A stretch of 64,000 bases of DNA. It comes from a virus. Taxonomy: Duplodnaviria > Heunggongvirae > Uroviricota > Caudoviricetes. Made by a program: the position numbers and the translations under genes. The notes under the pieces were generated by a model. That model saw only the letters and a list, made by a program, of their open reading frames with translations. It was not told the DNA's origin and did no database searches. The stretch lies in the IMG/VR virus record IMGVR_UViG_2872147552_000001; one strand, 5' to 3'. This document shows positions 9,831-20,800 of the stretch, one piece after another; the first letter of the stretch is position 1; each line of letters opens with the position of its first letter.

Positions 9831-10352
9831 GTGAGCAATACGACGATCGAGATTTTCTCTGGAGAGAACGATTATGATCTAAACGGTTTTGATTGCGGCG
9901 AAGAGTCACTAAACGCATTTTTGACCAACCACTTAAAAAGACAGCATGAAGGAAAAATTCTTCGCGCTTATGTGCTTTGCACTAAAGAAGAAATACCAAA
10001 GGTATTAGGTTATTACACTTTGTCAGGCAGCTGCTTTGAGAAAGAAACCTTACCTTCAAAGAGTCAGCAAAAGAAAGTGCCTTATCGGAATGTCCCAAGT
10101 ATCACTTTAGGCAGACTGGCTTTGGACAAATCTCTTCAAGGTCAGGGGCTTGGCTCAATGCTTGTAACTCACGCAATGCGTGTTGTGTACAATGCATCTC
10201 TTGCGGTAGGCATTCATGGGCTTTTCGTTGAGGCGTTGAACGATAAAGCCAGGGCGTTTTATAAAAGTTTGGGCTTTATCCAGCTGGTTGGTAACAACGA
10301 TCGTTCTTTGTTCTATCCAACAAAATCTATCGAAAAATTGTTCGAAGAATAA
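9831..10352 (+). CDS. GNAT-family acetyltransferase toxin (AtaT/ItaT/TacT-like)
   Basis: YDLNGFDCGEESLNAFL..., GNAT motif A LQGQGLGSML and motif B AFYKSLGF; 173 aa. Confidence 0.85.
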   Translation: MSNTTIEIFSGENDYDLNGFDCGEESLNAFLTNHLKRQHEGKILRAYVLCTKEEIPKVLGYYTLSGSCFEKETLPSKSQQKKVPYRNVPSITLGRLALDKSLQGQGLGSMLVTHAMRVVYNASLAVGIHGLFVEALNDKARAFYKSLGFIQLVGNNDRSLFYPTKSIEKLFEE

Positions 10353-10384
10353 TGTGTCCCCCTCATTTGAGGGGAACTTCGACA

Positions 10385-10600
10385 TCACCAACCGCAAACT
10401 CTCTCTCCCATCGTATTGTGAAAAAGGATTTGGCGTTCGGTTTCTTCGGTCATTACATCGTCATTGCTGATATAAATAGGTTCAGCGCCATCGCAGAACA
10501 ACACGCTAGTGGTTTGTGGCTTAATGACGCATCCACTTATCATGCAGCTCACGATGAATGGCAGAAGCATCTTTCTGACGTATTTCACTGTTCGTCTCAT
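10385..10600 (-). CDS. o-spanin (Rz1-like lipoprotein) overlapping i-spanin
   Basis: Lipobox MLLPFIVSCMISGC; out-of-frame overlap with the Rz-like gene end. Confidence 0.55.
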   Translation of the reverse strand: MRRTVKYVRKMLLPFIVSCMISGCVIKPQTTSVLFCDGAEPIYISNDDVMTEETERQILFHNTMGERVCGW

Positions 10601-10772
10601 TCACCACTTTCACTGTGTTTTGAAGTCGTTTTCTGTCTTCCTGTTTTGCCTTCTCTTCCATTGCTCGTCGCGCCGCATTCCCGCCCATCGTGTAAGCGCC
10701 GACAAGAACGAAAAGAACGGCAGCCAGCGTAATCAAAGCAACTTTTAGCTTTGTCATCAGGCTGCCTAGCAT
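10521..10772 (-). CDS. i-spanin (Rz-like)
   Basis: N-terminal TM helix then charged coiled-coil region; follows endolysin. Confidence 0.6.
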   Translation of the reverse strand: MLGSLMTKLKVALITLAAVLFVLVGAYTMGGNAARRAMEEKAKQEDRKRLQNTVKVVNETNSEIRQKDASAIHRELHDKWMRH

Positions 10773-10773
10773 A

Positions 10774-11466
10774 TTAGACCATCCCTTTCTGGTGTTTTCT
10801 TACCTGCGACCAGGCAATGAATCCTGCCACAACAATAGTGGCAATACCGAAGATGATGCGTACTGTATCCCCGCTAGAGATATGACCTTGTGCTTTATCC
10901 ATAGCAGCGGAAACCTGCGGCATAACATCGGCCAGCTGCGCCAGACCAATACCTGCTGTAACAGTTGCGCCTGCGGTTTCTTTAGTTACAGGAACAGCCT
11001 TCACGGTTTTCACCGGCTTAACAACGCCAGCTCGACGCAGACCTTCCTCAATAACTTCTGCCGCATACCAGGTGTTCAGCGTTTTTAGCGGGCCTCGGCC
11101 ATTCTCGTGGCGAATGATTGCCTCAACCAAAGGTCGAAGGATGTCGTAATCATGCAGATCGATGATCATGTCTGCGGTTACACCAACGGCTTTAGACACT
11201 TCATTAATGTAGGCGTCAGTATTGTTTTCATTCGGCGGTGCCCAGCGTTCAATAACTTCACGAATGGTATCGATACTTGTGCCGTCTTTTGCGCGACGTT
11301 TATCGTGGTAGGTAATTAGAGTCACCGCCAGCGCACGAATCCCCCAAACAGGGTCTTTAAACGTGCAAAAGCGCGGTTCGGCAGGGTTGTCGATTAGCCC
11401 CTGCCACGGCGAACCTTTGTCGAGGTTGCCAGGGTTGTTATTACGAATGCCTCTCGGAGTTTTCAT
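10774..11466 (-). CDS. endolysin-like peptidoglycan hydrolase with C-terminal hydrophobic segment
   Basis: Lysis-cassette position; MKTPRGIRNNNPGNL N-terminus; AGGAGA RBS at internal Met (track ORF to 11493, GTG); C-terminal IIFGIATIVVAGFIAW. Confidence 0.55.
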   Translation of the reverse strand: MKTPRGIRNNNPGNLDKGSPWQGLIDNPAEPRFCTFKDPVWGIRALAVTLITYHDKRRAKDGTSIDTIREVIERWAPPNENNTDAYINEVSKAVGVTADMIIDLHDYDILRPLVEAIIRHENGRGPLKTLNTWYAAEVIEEGLRRAGVVKPVKTVKAVPVTKETAGATVTAGIGLAQLADVMPQVSAAMDKAQGHISSGDTVRIIFGIATIVVAGFIAWSQVRKHQKGMV

Positions 11467-11479
11467 CCTTGATCTCCTG

Positions 11480-11815
11480 TTATTGCAGTCCACTTTTTAC
11501 GCCATACGCGGCTAACCCCAAAAGCAGTGCGGTAATAATGAACGACGTTATTTTAGAAACAATGCCGCCAAAGAACCCACTTGAGATGGAATCTAACCGG
11601 TTAAGGAGTTTGTCCAGATTGGAGTGTTGAATACTATGTTGCGCCGGGGTCATATCACCAAAGTAGGTTTTCAGCTGATCATTGACCTCCTGGCCAATTT
11701 CTTCACGTAGCTCTTTACCTAATTTGCCAACAACCTCCCGAGCAACGATCGCGGCAATACGCTCAACTTGCTCTGTTGTAACGCCCGCCATCTCGTTCGA
11801 CATGTTTTCCTCCAT
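11480..11815 (-). CDS. holin-like small membrane protein
   Basis: 111 aa, C-terminal TM ITSFIITALLLGLAAYGV; immediately upstream of endolysin. Confidence 0.45.
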   Translation of the reverse strand: MEENMSNEMAGVTTEQVERIAAIVAREVVGKLGKELREEIGQEVNDQLKTYFGDMTPAQHSIQHSNLDKLLNRLDSISSGFFGGIVSKITSFIITALLLGLAAYGVKSGLQ

Positions 11816-11877
11816 GAAAAGTCAAATCGGGATGGCGGTTTTATATCATAAAACGCCCACACTTGGTAGGTAAGTAC

Positions 11878-12717
11878 TTACACATGAGCGCCGTAAATTG
11901 CTCCAACTTTAGTCCAAGTTGGAGCATTACCAGTAACAGCTTTACCAGCTGCTCCGCCGTTATATTCTGTACCGTTACCTTGAGTATTACATCTTCCTCC
12001 AGCAGCACCGACATTACCACCCGAACCGCCTGTATATGCACTAAGAGACCCCTCACCAACAGATCCCTTACCAGGAGTGGAAATAGTACCAGCAGTTGCA
12101 CCGGAACTCATATGAGAGGAAGACCCACCAGCACCGAATGGGCACCCACCGCCACCACCAAATACTAGTCGACCCCTGTTACCGCCGCCACCGCCGCCAC
12201 CACCTCCAGCGATTGCACCATTATTCGTAATACGCAAGCGTGTACCGATGCCATTATTAATTGCGTTACCACCAGCAGCACCGGCAGCGTTACTACCACC
12301 ATTGCCACCGCGTCCATAGACAGTCACACCTGCGTTGATTACAAGGCTGATATAAGAGTTGGTAAGTGAACTCGGGAAATCTAAACATGGCACGCCGCTA
12401 CTGGACGACACCAGATCCCCTGTAATGGTAACAACGACTGGCGTCGCCCCCTGGGATTTTAAATAGTTGATCAGTGTGTCTTTGTTGTAGTTATGATTCG
12501 CACCGATGCTGTACTGAACTTCTTTAGATCGCCCGGCCATTTGAGACATTGAACCAGCCGCTGGCAGTTGCACCGCCGTTCGAGCCGCACTCATCCATCT
12601 CTGGCCTGTCACACTGACAGCCGAAGACCCAATCCAACCGGGAACACCGACAATTGGCACATCTAATCTCCTTTTTGATGTGAATATCCTGAATTGGTGA
12701 GGGTGGCCCCTCACCAT
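11878..12717 (-). CDS. glycine-rich tail fibre-associated protein
   Basis: Poly-Gly tracts (GGGGGGGGGNRG); directly downstream of the long tail fibre gene. Confidence 0.5.
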   Translation of the reverse strand: MVRGHPHQFRIFTSKRRLDVPIVGVPGWIGSSAVSVTGQRWMSAARTAVQLPAAGSMSQMAGRSKEVQYSIGANHNYNKDTLINYLKSQGATPVVVTITGDLVSSSSGVPCLDFPSSLTNSYISLVINAGVTVYGRGGNGGSNAAGAAGGNAINNGIGTRLRITNNGAIAGGGGGGGGGNRGRLVFGGGGGCPFGAGGSSSHMSSGATAGTISTPGKGSVGEGSLSAYTGGSGGNVGAAGGRCNTQGNGTEYNGGAAGKAVTGNAPTWTKVGAIYGAHV

Positions 12718-12726
12718 TCACCTTGA

Positions 12727-15700
12727 TTACATTTTTGCCTTCAGTTCGCGCACTTCCTCGCGCAACTCTTTGACAGCCTCAACCAACATGCCGATAACGC
12801 CGTTGTAGTTAAGACGCAGACGAGGCTCTCCTGACTGATCGTTATGGTCGACCGTTACCAGTTCAGGTTGAACATTCTGGACATCCTGAGCGATGAGGCC
12901 ACCAGACTGCTCATAACGGCCACAGACCTGAATCTCGTAGAGAACACCTTCGATCTGCTCCAGCTTGTCGAGCGCCCGGTCAATCTTGCGAATATTGCGC
13001 TTACTACGGCGGTCAGAACGGATATAAACGTCATTAAAGCTGCCATTACCGCCGCAAACCCAAGTACCGTCATTCTGGAGGTATGCGTTCGCATCCGTGC
13101 CGTTCGCGGTTCGTGACTTGTTAATCATGTAGAACCCGAACTGAGAGTTGCCTAAACCACCAACAAAATAATGACGATCGGCGTGCTCCTGACGAATAAT
13201 GGCCGATGCAGAGGAAGTGGCAACCGCAGAACTGTTAGACAGAGCGGCATTGTTTCTCATGTCGATCCAAGATGTACTCGACGTCGGGATTCGGATATTT
13301 CCGCTCGTGACATTTAAGCCACCGGCAAGCGACAACCCGTTCCCCATCGTAACCGCGCCTGAAGCGTTGTTAATGTACATTGGACGCAAAGCATTCCAGC
13401 TTCCGAACTTGTCGCCAGAAGCAGTCAGCATGAAGTAAGTTGTTCCGCCATCATTGCGAATAAAGAAGCCGTAATTCCCGTAAGCCACTCTAAGGCCATT
13501 CGCGCTAAGGGAAGTGATTTCACCTCTTGCTCGAACACCATAGCCAGTACTGATAGACAGTTCTTCTTGCGCATCTGTATTGCCGGTTGCCCAACGAAGG
13601 AGGCCGCCCTGAACCGTCTCATGCCAGATGGTGTCTGTGTTGCCGCCGCGGAATTTTCGAAGGTACGATTTACCACCAACTGTGCCGGCGTTAAGAGCAA
13701 CTTGATGGTAAGTACCCTGTGGAACTGAACTTTGATCTAATGAAGCGACAAGACCTAAGTTCCCATTGTTTGCGAACGTGAACTGCTTGCCCTTCGCATT
13801 AATACGCACATTACCATCAGCAGCCAACTCGATTCCGTTGGAACCGGTATAGTTCCAGAGCATCGCACTGTCTGATCCGTTGTTCGCCTTACCCACATAC
13901 CATGATGTAGCGCCGTCAGTCCTGTACCCCATAATGTACTGTCTGGTGTCAGAGCCTTGTCCCCGCAATTGAATATTTGGCGCGGTCATCGAGACGGCAA
14001 GAGAACCAGAAAGTGTTCCACCACCGCTCGGCAACGCACCGACATCAGCCGCAGTGGGTTTATGAGCAGTTGTGTAGATCTGCGCCCAGCCAGACCAGTT
14101 CGCTGTCGAAGTATCACGGCGTGAACGAACATAAACCGGTGCATGAGCACCATCCGTTCCGCTCCAGCCAATAAGCAACTCGCCCTCACCAGCAGCACTC
14201 GCACCTTTCATGTGCAATACGTTGCCATACGTGGTCGGGTAGCTATTGTTGTACGCCTCATACATTTGAATGCCAGCAGTGCCTTGAGTAGAGCCGCTTA
14301 ACGCCGTAACTCGGCCACGAGATACCAATGTATTAATATTGATATCGCCTGAACCATCAAACTTAACACCATTGATGTTTCTCGCTGTTTGCAACTTCGT
14401 AGCTGTTGAAGCATTACCGTTCAAACTACCATTGATGCCGCCAGTAACATTGAGTCCATTACCGATCGTAACAGCACCATTGGCATTGTTAATGATAAGC
14501 GGCCTTAAACTATTATAGGTTCCCAGGCTGTTACCCGAATCGGTCAACATGAAGTATGTGCTTGAACCATCGTTTCGGATAAAGAATCCGTAGTTTCCGT
14601 AGGCAATGCGCAGACCATTCGCCGATTTTGAAATAATCTCGCCAGCAGCAGTTAATCCGCCAGTTAACGCTCCTCCAGAAAGCGATAATGCTCCTACATC
14701 AGAAGCTGTTGGTTTGTTTCTAGTATTATAAGAACGACGCCAGCCTGGCGAGTAATCACTGCCATTGTACACATAAATAAATTCCGCATTATTAACGCCA
14801 CCATGACCCGATGTTGTTGTCGTTGTAACACGAATAGTGTAATTGCTTGTTGTCTTATTACTAAACACCTCAATCACGGAACCAGATAGATCGATCCTAC
14901 CGCAACCAGTGTCGTCTATATAATTATTGTTGGCGTAATACCATGAGCACCGTGCAATCCAATATTTGTTTGAAAATGCACCCTGATTATTTAGCCACGT
15001 TATAAACTGAGCAGTCGTAAATGCTGTTCCGTTACCACTATTTAACCATCCGTCGGCAGCGGTTGGTGCGTTTATATCAGCCGGCTGAGGTCTAAATCCA
15101 GTCGTGTAAACCTGCTCCCAACCACTTTCAAAACCATAGCCATCGCGAGATGAACGATAAAACAACCCGCCATTTTTATAGTGAGCCTTAATTTGAAGCG
15201 TACGGCAACTACCTACACCAGTATAAAAGTTGGCAAGAATATAACTGTCGCCCGTTCTAGTTACATTATAAGCACCAGATTCAGCATTCCACGGCACGCC
15301 GCCATCAGCATCAGCATATGACCCTGTTGCTCTTCTTGCGAAAGCGGCAACATGCGCGGCGGTTAAAGTGATATCAGTAGAGCCATCAAATGGAACACCG
15401 GATATTTTTCTTGCAGTCTGAAGTTTCGTAGCTGTATCAGAGTTCCCCTTAACCCCTTTTGGAGAATTAAGTGGTGTATTGATCGTCACTTCACCTGTTG
15501 CGTTATTTACTGCAAATGGTCGAAGACCGTTCCAGCCACCGTACTGGTCGCCTTTATCAGTCATGAGCAAGTAAGTATTTGCTCCATCATTTCGCCATAT
15601 GACACCGTAATCGCCAGCAATCATCCTTAACGCATTCTGACTACGGACAATAACTTCATCATTAGCGTAAACCTTATTACCACTAATATCCGCATTTGTG

Positions 15701-17784
15701 AGGAGTGCGTGCGAACTATAGAATCCTCTACCGTTGGAGAAATCAAGTATAGTATCAGCGTCCACGCATTCTGTTCTAGGGTCTGTAGCGCCCCATTTGT
15801 AAGTTGATTGCCCGATAACATAATCGGCAGATGGTACAACAACAGATAAGCCTTCTTCTACATATACAGCAATAGGAAACGCTTCACCTTCAACATAGAA
15901 CACAGAACACAGATCATCCGCTTTTCTACCCATCATGATAGAATGAATAGCACGCTCATTTGCGTGATAGATATGAAACATTCCATAAGCATAATGTCCC
16001 CTGTCAGTCCAACCGCCAGGCATGACAAAACCATTGAACTCACAGTTGTTCATCCTATCATTGGCAGTCTTTGAACTTGTACTTATCGTCACCCTGGATG
16101 CTAATTCACTGCTGAATCCAGAAGAACGACGAATAACCACAGGGTAAAACTTACCAGCTTCAACTCCTGCGGGCGCATTCACTGTTGAATACTTCATTCC
16201 TCGTTTAGCGGCCATATCAGTCTTGCTGGCAGCATTAATGTTGCTCAGGAAGCGGGCCTTGTCTGGTATATCCGCACCGTTCTGGTTCTTCGCCAATCGG
16301 CTATTCGCATTGTCATTGGCTGCTTTAACTGCTTTTGGCGTTGCGGCCAGCGTTTCAGATGTGCTGTTGGTTGCACTACTGAGCTGGACTATCCCCTTTT
16401 TCGTCGTGCTCGCATCCTCAAGCGCCACGGCGGATGCAATATCCTCTGCCCGTTTTGCCGCTGTCTCAGCGCGCGTTGCTGCGGATTCTGCCGTACTTTT
16501 GCTCTGTGCTGCCGCCGTCGCACTGCCAGCAGCCTCTGTTGCCTTCGTGGATGCCGTCGTGGCGCTGCCCTTCGCTGCTGACGCCTGTCTGGTCGCCTCA
16601 TCTTTTGAAGCAGACGCAGATGATGCCGATGACGCCGCCGAACTGGCGGACGATGCGGCAGCCGTTTTTGAGGATTCTGCGCTGGTTTCCGACGCTTTCG
16701 CGTTCGTTTCGGATGTCTTCGCTGCGGAAGCAGACCTCGCTGCTGCGCTGGCCTGTTCAGTGGCTTCGCCAGCCTTCGTTGTGGCTGTTGAAGCAGACGA
16801 TGCGGCACTTTCTGCCGATTTTCCGGCGGCGGTGGCACTGGCTGAGGCCTGCCCGGCACTTGTTGACGCGGCACTGGCAGACGACGCAGCCGCTGTTTTT
16901 GAGCCTGCCGCAGCTGAGGCGCTCTGTCCCGCTGCCGTCTCAGAAGACTTAGCGTTCGTCTCGGACGTTTTTGCCGCCTTCGCGGAATTTGCTGCCGCCG
17001 TTGCCGAGGAAGCTGCGCTACTGGCGCTCAAGGATGCGTTCGTTTCTGATGATTTCGCTGCCTCTTTTGAGGCCGCCGCATCCCGGGCTGAGGTGGCAGC
17101 TTCTGACGCTTTCGTGGTCGCGGTGGATGCAGAAGTGGCTGCTGATTGTTGTGACGCTGCGGCATTCGTTTCAGATTTTTTCGCAGCAGTTGCACTCGCA
17201 CTTGCGGCACTTTGTGAGGATGCCGCAGCGGATGCACTTTGAGACGCTTGAGAGGCTTTTTCTCCAGCGGTATTGGCGCTTTCTGCTGCTGCGGCAGCAC
17301 TGGCCGCCGCCTCACGAGCTTTGTCGCCAGCAGCATCAATCGCGTCAGTGTTATTTTTATACCACTCAACGTTTTCGTTGTGCTCGTTGACGATCTGCAT
17401 TAGCGGCTTAACGGTCACTTCTGTACCGTCTTCACGCTCGATTGTCACCTCATCCAGCGCAGTCAACCAACTGCGCATGGACTTGGAATCAGCCGACATA
17501 CGCGACATTAGCGCAGTAAAGCGCGCGCTAAACTGTGTTAAGTCGCCTTCATAGGTCGTAATGATTCGGCACGGAACTTCAGACTGAGTTTCGCCGGTAT
17601 AAGGTTCTGAGAGAACAATATTCGTATCGCTTATTACGCGCTTGATCTCATACAGCTTATTGTCGGGGCCAATGACGATCATCCCCGGCAACACACCATT
17701 AGCTGTTACGTTCCAGGCTGTCCCTGCCCCAACCAGAGTATTGCTACCCTGTGTAAATGTGATAGTACCTTCCCTGTACCACAT
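12727..17784 (-). CDS. side/L-shaped tail fibre with C-terminal intramolecular chaperone domain
   Basis: 1685 aa; Ala/Ser-rich low-complexity region; conserved fibre motif GIVQLSSATNSTSETLAATPKAVK; three tandem ~110-aa repeats; C-terminal S74-type motif SDRRSKRNI...GGLIAQDVQ. Confidence 0.85.
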   Translation of the reverse strand: MWYREGTITFTQGSNTLVGAGTAWNVTANGVLPGMIVIGPDNKLYEIKRVISDTNIVLSEPYTGETQSEVPCRIITTYEGDLTQFSARFTALMSRMSADSKSMRSWLTALDEVTIEREDGTEVTVKPLMQIVNEHNENVEWYKNNTDAIDAAGDKAREAAASAAAAAESANTAGEKASQASQSASAAASSQSAASASATAAKKSETNAAASQQSAATSASTATTKASEAATSARDAAASKEAAKSSETNASLSASSAASSATAAANSAKAAKTSETNAKSSETAAGQSASAAAGSKTAAASSASAASTSAGQASASATAAGKSAESAASSASTATTKAGEATEQASAAARSASAAKTSETNAKASETSAESSKTAAASSASSAASSASSASASKDEATRQASAAKGSATTASTKATEAAGSATAAAQSKSTAESAATRAETAAKRAEDIASAVALEDASTTKKGIVQLSSATNSTSETLAATPKAVKAANDNANSRLAKNQNGADIPDKARFLSNINAASKTDMAAKRGMKYSTVNAPAGVEAGKFYPVVIRRSSGFSSELASRVTISTSSKTANDRMNNCEFNGFVMPGGWTDRGHYAYGMFHIYHANERAIHSIMMGRKADDLCSVFYVEGEAFPIAVYVEEGLSVVVPSADYVIGQSTYKWGATDPRTECVDADTILDFSNGRGFYSSHALLTNADISGNKVYANDEVIVRSQNALRMIAGDYGVIWRNDGANTYLLMTDKGDQYGGWNGLRPFAVNNATGEVTINTPLNSPKGVKGNSDTATKLQTARKISGVPFDGSTDITLTAAHVAAFARRATGSYADADGGVPWNAESGAYNVTRTGDSYILANFYTGVGSCRTLQIKAHYKNGGLFYRSSRDGYGFESGWEQVYTTGFRPQPADINAPTAADGWLNSGNGTAFTTAQFITWLNNQGAFSNKYWIARCSWYYANNNYIDDTGCGRIDLSGSVIEVFSNKTTSNYTIRVTTTTTSGHGGVNNAEFIYVYNGSDYSPGWRRSYNTRNKPTASDVGALSLSGGALTGGLTAAGEIISKSANGLRIAYGNYGFFIRNDGSSTYFMLTDSGNSLGTYNSLRPLIINNANGAVTIGNGLNVTGGINGSLNGNASTATKLQTARNINGVKFDGSGDININTLVSRGRVTALSGSTQGTAGIQMYEAYNNSYPTTYGNVLHMKGASAAGEGELLIGWSGTDGAHAPVYVRSRRDTSTANWSGWAQIYTTAHKPTAADVGALPSGGGTLSGSLAVSMTAPNIQLRGQGSDTRQYIMGYRTDGATSWYVGKANNGSDSAMLWNYTGSNGIELAADGNVRINAKGKQFTFANNGNLGLVASLDQSSVPQGTYHQVALNAGTVGGKSYLRKFRGGNTDTIWHETVQGGLLRWATGNTDAQEELSISTGYGVRARGEITSLSANGLRVAYGNYGFFIRNDGGTTYFMLTASGDKFGSWNALRPMYINNASGAVTMGNGLSLAGGLNVTSGNIRIPTSSTSWIDMRNNAALSNSSAVATSSASAIIRQEHADRHYFVGGLGNSQFGFYMINKSRTANGTDANAYLQNDGTWVCGGNGSFNDVYIRSDRRSKRNIRKIDRALDKLEQIEGVLYEIQVCGRYEQSGGLIAQDVQNVQPELVTVDHNDQSGEPRLRLNYNGVIGMLVEAVKELREEVRELKAKM

Positions 17785-17877
17785 GTTGAATATGCTCCTT
17801 GATTTGGCGGGTTATCCTTGCCCGCCATTAAGTAAATACTTACCTATTTTTACCGATATAAAAATTTTTTTCCACCA

Positions 17878-20800
17878 TCACAGACGGCCAATTCTTACTC
17901 GTAGGACGTTGTTATCGTCATAAACGTCAATCCGCTGACCATTTATAACCAATCGCCCATTGCCGCCGCTATTACCGTTGATCTCAAGCGTTCCATTTTT
18001 GCCGAACCGCCATCCAGATCTACCGCTAACAAAATTGGTAGATTGCAGATCGCCTACTTTTGCATTGGTGATTGTGCCATCCTTGATATACGCTCCATTC
18101 ATATAGGCGATACTGTTTTCGATAACAAATGGCGTTGTGATCTTCCCGTTAACAGAGTTGACCAAACCAAACCTGTCCGCCTGAACCAAAAACTGAGATA
18201 GCCCAGTGGTGTCAATACCAAGCGCAATACCGGCAACATACTTCTGCCCTCCGCTCGTTGAAGTCTCCATTTTCAACGTCCACGCGGTTGATACTTTTTT
18301 GTTGGTATCAGCAATAGCTGTTGCCTGCTGTTGAATTGTCGCGGTATTTCCATCCACCTCTGCTTTCAGAGTATCGATTCGCCCACTCAGAGCATTATCT
18401 GCCTGCGTTCTCGCTGTCGTTTCAGTTGTTACCGCCGCGGAAATGTTGGCTGCCGTTTGAGACTCTAAGTTTGTGATTTGAGTCGCCAATGCAGCATCTT
18501 GCTCTGTACGCGTTTTCGTTTCGGTTGCTACAGCCGCTTTAATATCCTCTTTGTATTGAGAGGTCAGCTTGGTGATCTGAGACGACAACGCCGAGTCAGC
18601 ATCAGTTCGAGCCTGCGTTTCAACTGCAACGGCCGCACTAATATCTTTCGCTGTCTGTGCTTTTAAATTTGAAACCTCTTTTGTTAAAGCGGTATCACCA
18701 TCTGCACGAGCCGTTGTTTCTCTGGCAAGAGACGCCTCGAGATCATTAGCTTTTGCTGTAAGAGACGTAATCTGGGTAGACAATGCACTATCGGCATCAG
18801 TCCTTGCTTTTGTCTCTACAGCAACCGCTGCGGCAATATCAGTTCCGGTTTGTGCTCGCAGGCTGTTAATTTCTCGTGAGAGCGCCTGGTCAGCACTTGC
18901 TCTGGCCTCCTGCTCCTGAGTGATGGCAGCGGATATATCACCGTCAACCTTTGACTGAAGCTGGTTTATTTGTTTGGCTAACGCAGAGTCCCCGCTTGCT
19001 CGGGCCTCCTGCTCACTACGTATTGCAGCAGAAATATCATCATCAACCTTTGCCTGAAGTTGGGTGATCTGGCTTGCCAGAGCCGAATCTTCCGTTGCTC
19101 GGGCTTCTTGCTCTTCCTTAATAGCTGCGACGATATCGTTGCTTACTTTCGACTCAAGCTGAGTGATCTGTGTCGTCAGAGCTTCATCGGCAGATGTACG
19201 AGCCTCCTGCTCTGTACTAATCGCCGCGCTGATATCTCCTTCAAACTTAGATTGCAGCTGAGTGACACGCTTTGCTAACGCTTCATCGCCATCTGCACGC
19301 GCGGTGGACTCTTCCAGAATACTGGCCTTAATGTCTTCGCCAATTTCTACGCGAATTTCTTCAACCTTCGTAGCCATTGCAGACATATCATCAGCAAAGG
19401 TTTTCTGTGTTGTTGCGATCTTCGCGTTATTGACCATCTGCTTGTGCTGGTCTTCATCTTGACGAAGAGCCAGGTCAATATTTGTTTTGGCTAACGCCTC
19501 AATGTTCGTAGTCAGTTCTGCACTGGCACGATCGACCTCTGCAACCGTCTTTTTCATTTCTTCAACGGCAGCGGAGCTTTCCTCTACCGTTGACTGCAAC
19601 ACTTCCAGTTGTTTAGCGTTTGCAGCATCGCCTTCAACACGAGCCTCGCTTTCCTTAGCAATAAGAGCCGCCGCTTCATCTCTTGCAGCCTTTATTGCCT
19701 CGACTGTATTAGCGAGAGCTTTATCGTGTTCAGATACGGTGTTTTCGATTTCAACAATTGCAGCATCAGTAGCATCAATTTTTTCAAACGCTTCATTGAC
19801 CTTGTCGATCGTTGCCGAAACCTCACCTTTAAGCTCGGTTTGTGCGTTCTCCAAAGCATCGCTACGCTCGTTGAATTTTATTTCAAAATCCGCGAGGTTA
19901 TCGCTGAACTGCTTATCTAATTCAGCTATATCTTCCTTAACGTCGTTTACCGCCCCCTCCAAAGATTCGACGCTCTGGTTGATATGCTCATTTAACTCGT
20001 CAACTGCTTCTTGAGAGGCTTTGCTGTTGATGTCCTCAAGCAGAGCCTGACCAAGCTCGGAAGATGTAATTTTGCCAGTCAGGAACGACAGTACATCGCG
20101 AGTTGTCGCCTCTGTACCCAAGTTTGAGTTCGGAGGACTTAACATACCTCGCTTGTTCGATGCTCGAACCCAGTAATACCACGTTTCGCTATCCCCAAGA
20201 CCAGCATGTGTAAAGGTGGTGCTTGCAGACTCTGCGATCAGTTTCGCCGTATCCAGATTGTTGGTCTGGGATGCGTAAACATTAATGTGATCAAGGTCTA
20301 CCGAATCTGGATTAACCCAATTCAGTATCACATTACGATAGTCTCCAACGGCCGTTAATGACGTTGGTGCATCCGGCGGTGTCATTGTGCCCAGCACCTG
20401 ATAAACGGTACTGATAATTTCTGTTTTTTTACCGTTGAATGAAACCGCATACAGTTGGAAGTCGTAGCGTCCATTCTCCGCGACATTAACGATTTCGTAT
20501 TGCTCTTCGGTTACACGCGCCGATTGCCAGTTCGATACATTGTTTTCATCAGAACGTCGCCAACTGATCCAATACTCTGGAGATTTCCCTTCCCATGTTG
20601 CAGTCAGTTTTACTGACAGGTTGCCCGGGCTTGAGAGGTAAGTTCCTTCAGTGATTTGCAAATTAGACGGCTTGGAGTAAGTCGGGTCCAATACCGTCGT
20701 ATTCTGCGGAATCAGCGTTGCACCATTGTCGATTGCCTCATATTTAGACGGATTGTTCTCAACAGCGGTGATGTCAAAGCTACCCGGCGTTTCCCCCTGC

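Noticed and set aside
16223-17390. Plus- and minus-strand ORFs (339, 172, 161, 139, 113 aa) overlapping the tail fibre gene
   Set aside because: They lie in the Ala/Ser-rich, GC-rich repeat region where every frame is open; products are low-complexity (poly-Ala, Arg/Pro-rich) and antisense to or out of frame with a well-supported 1685-aa gene
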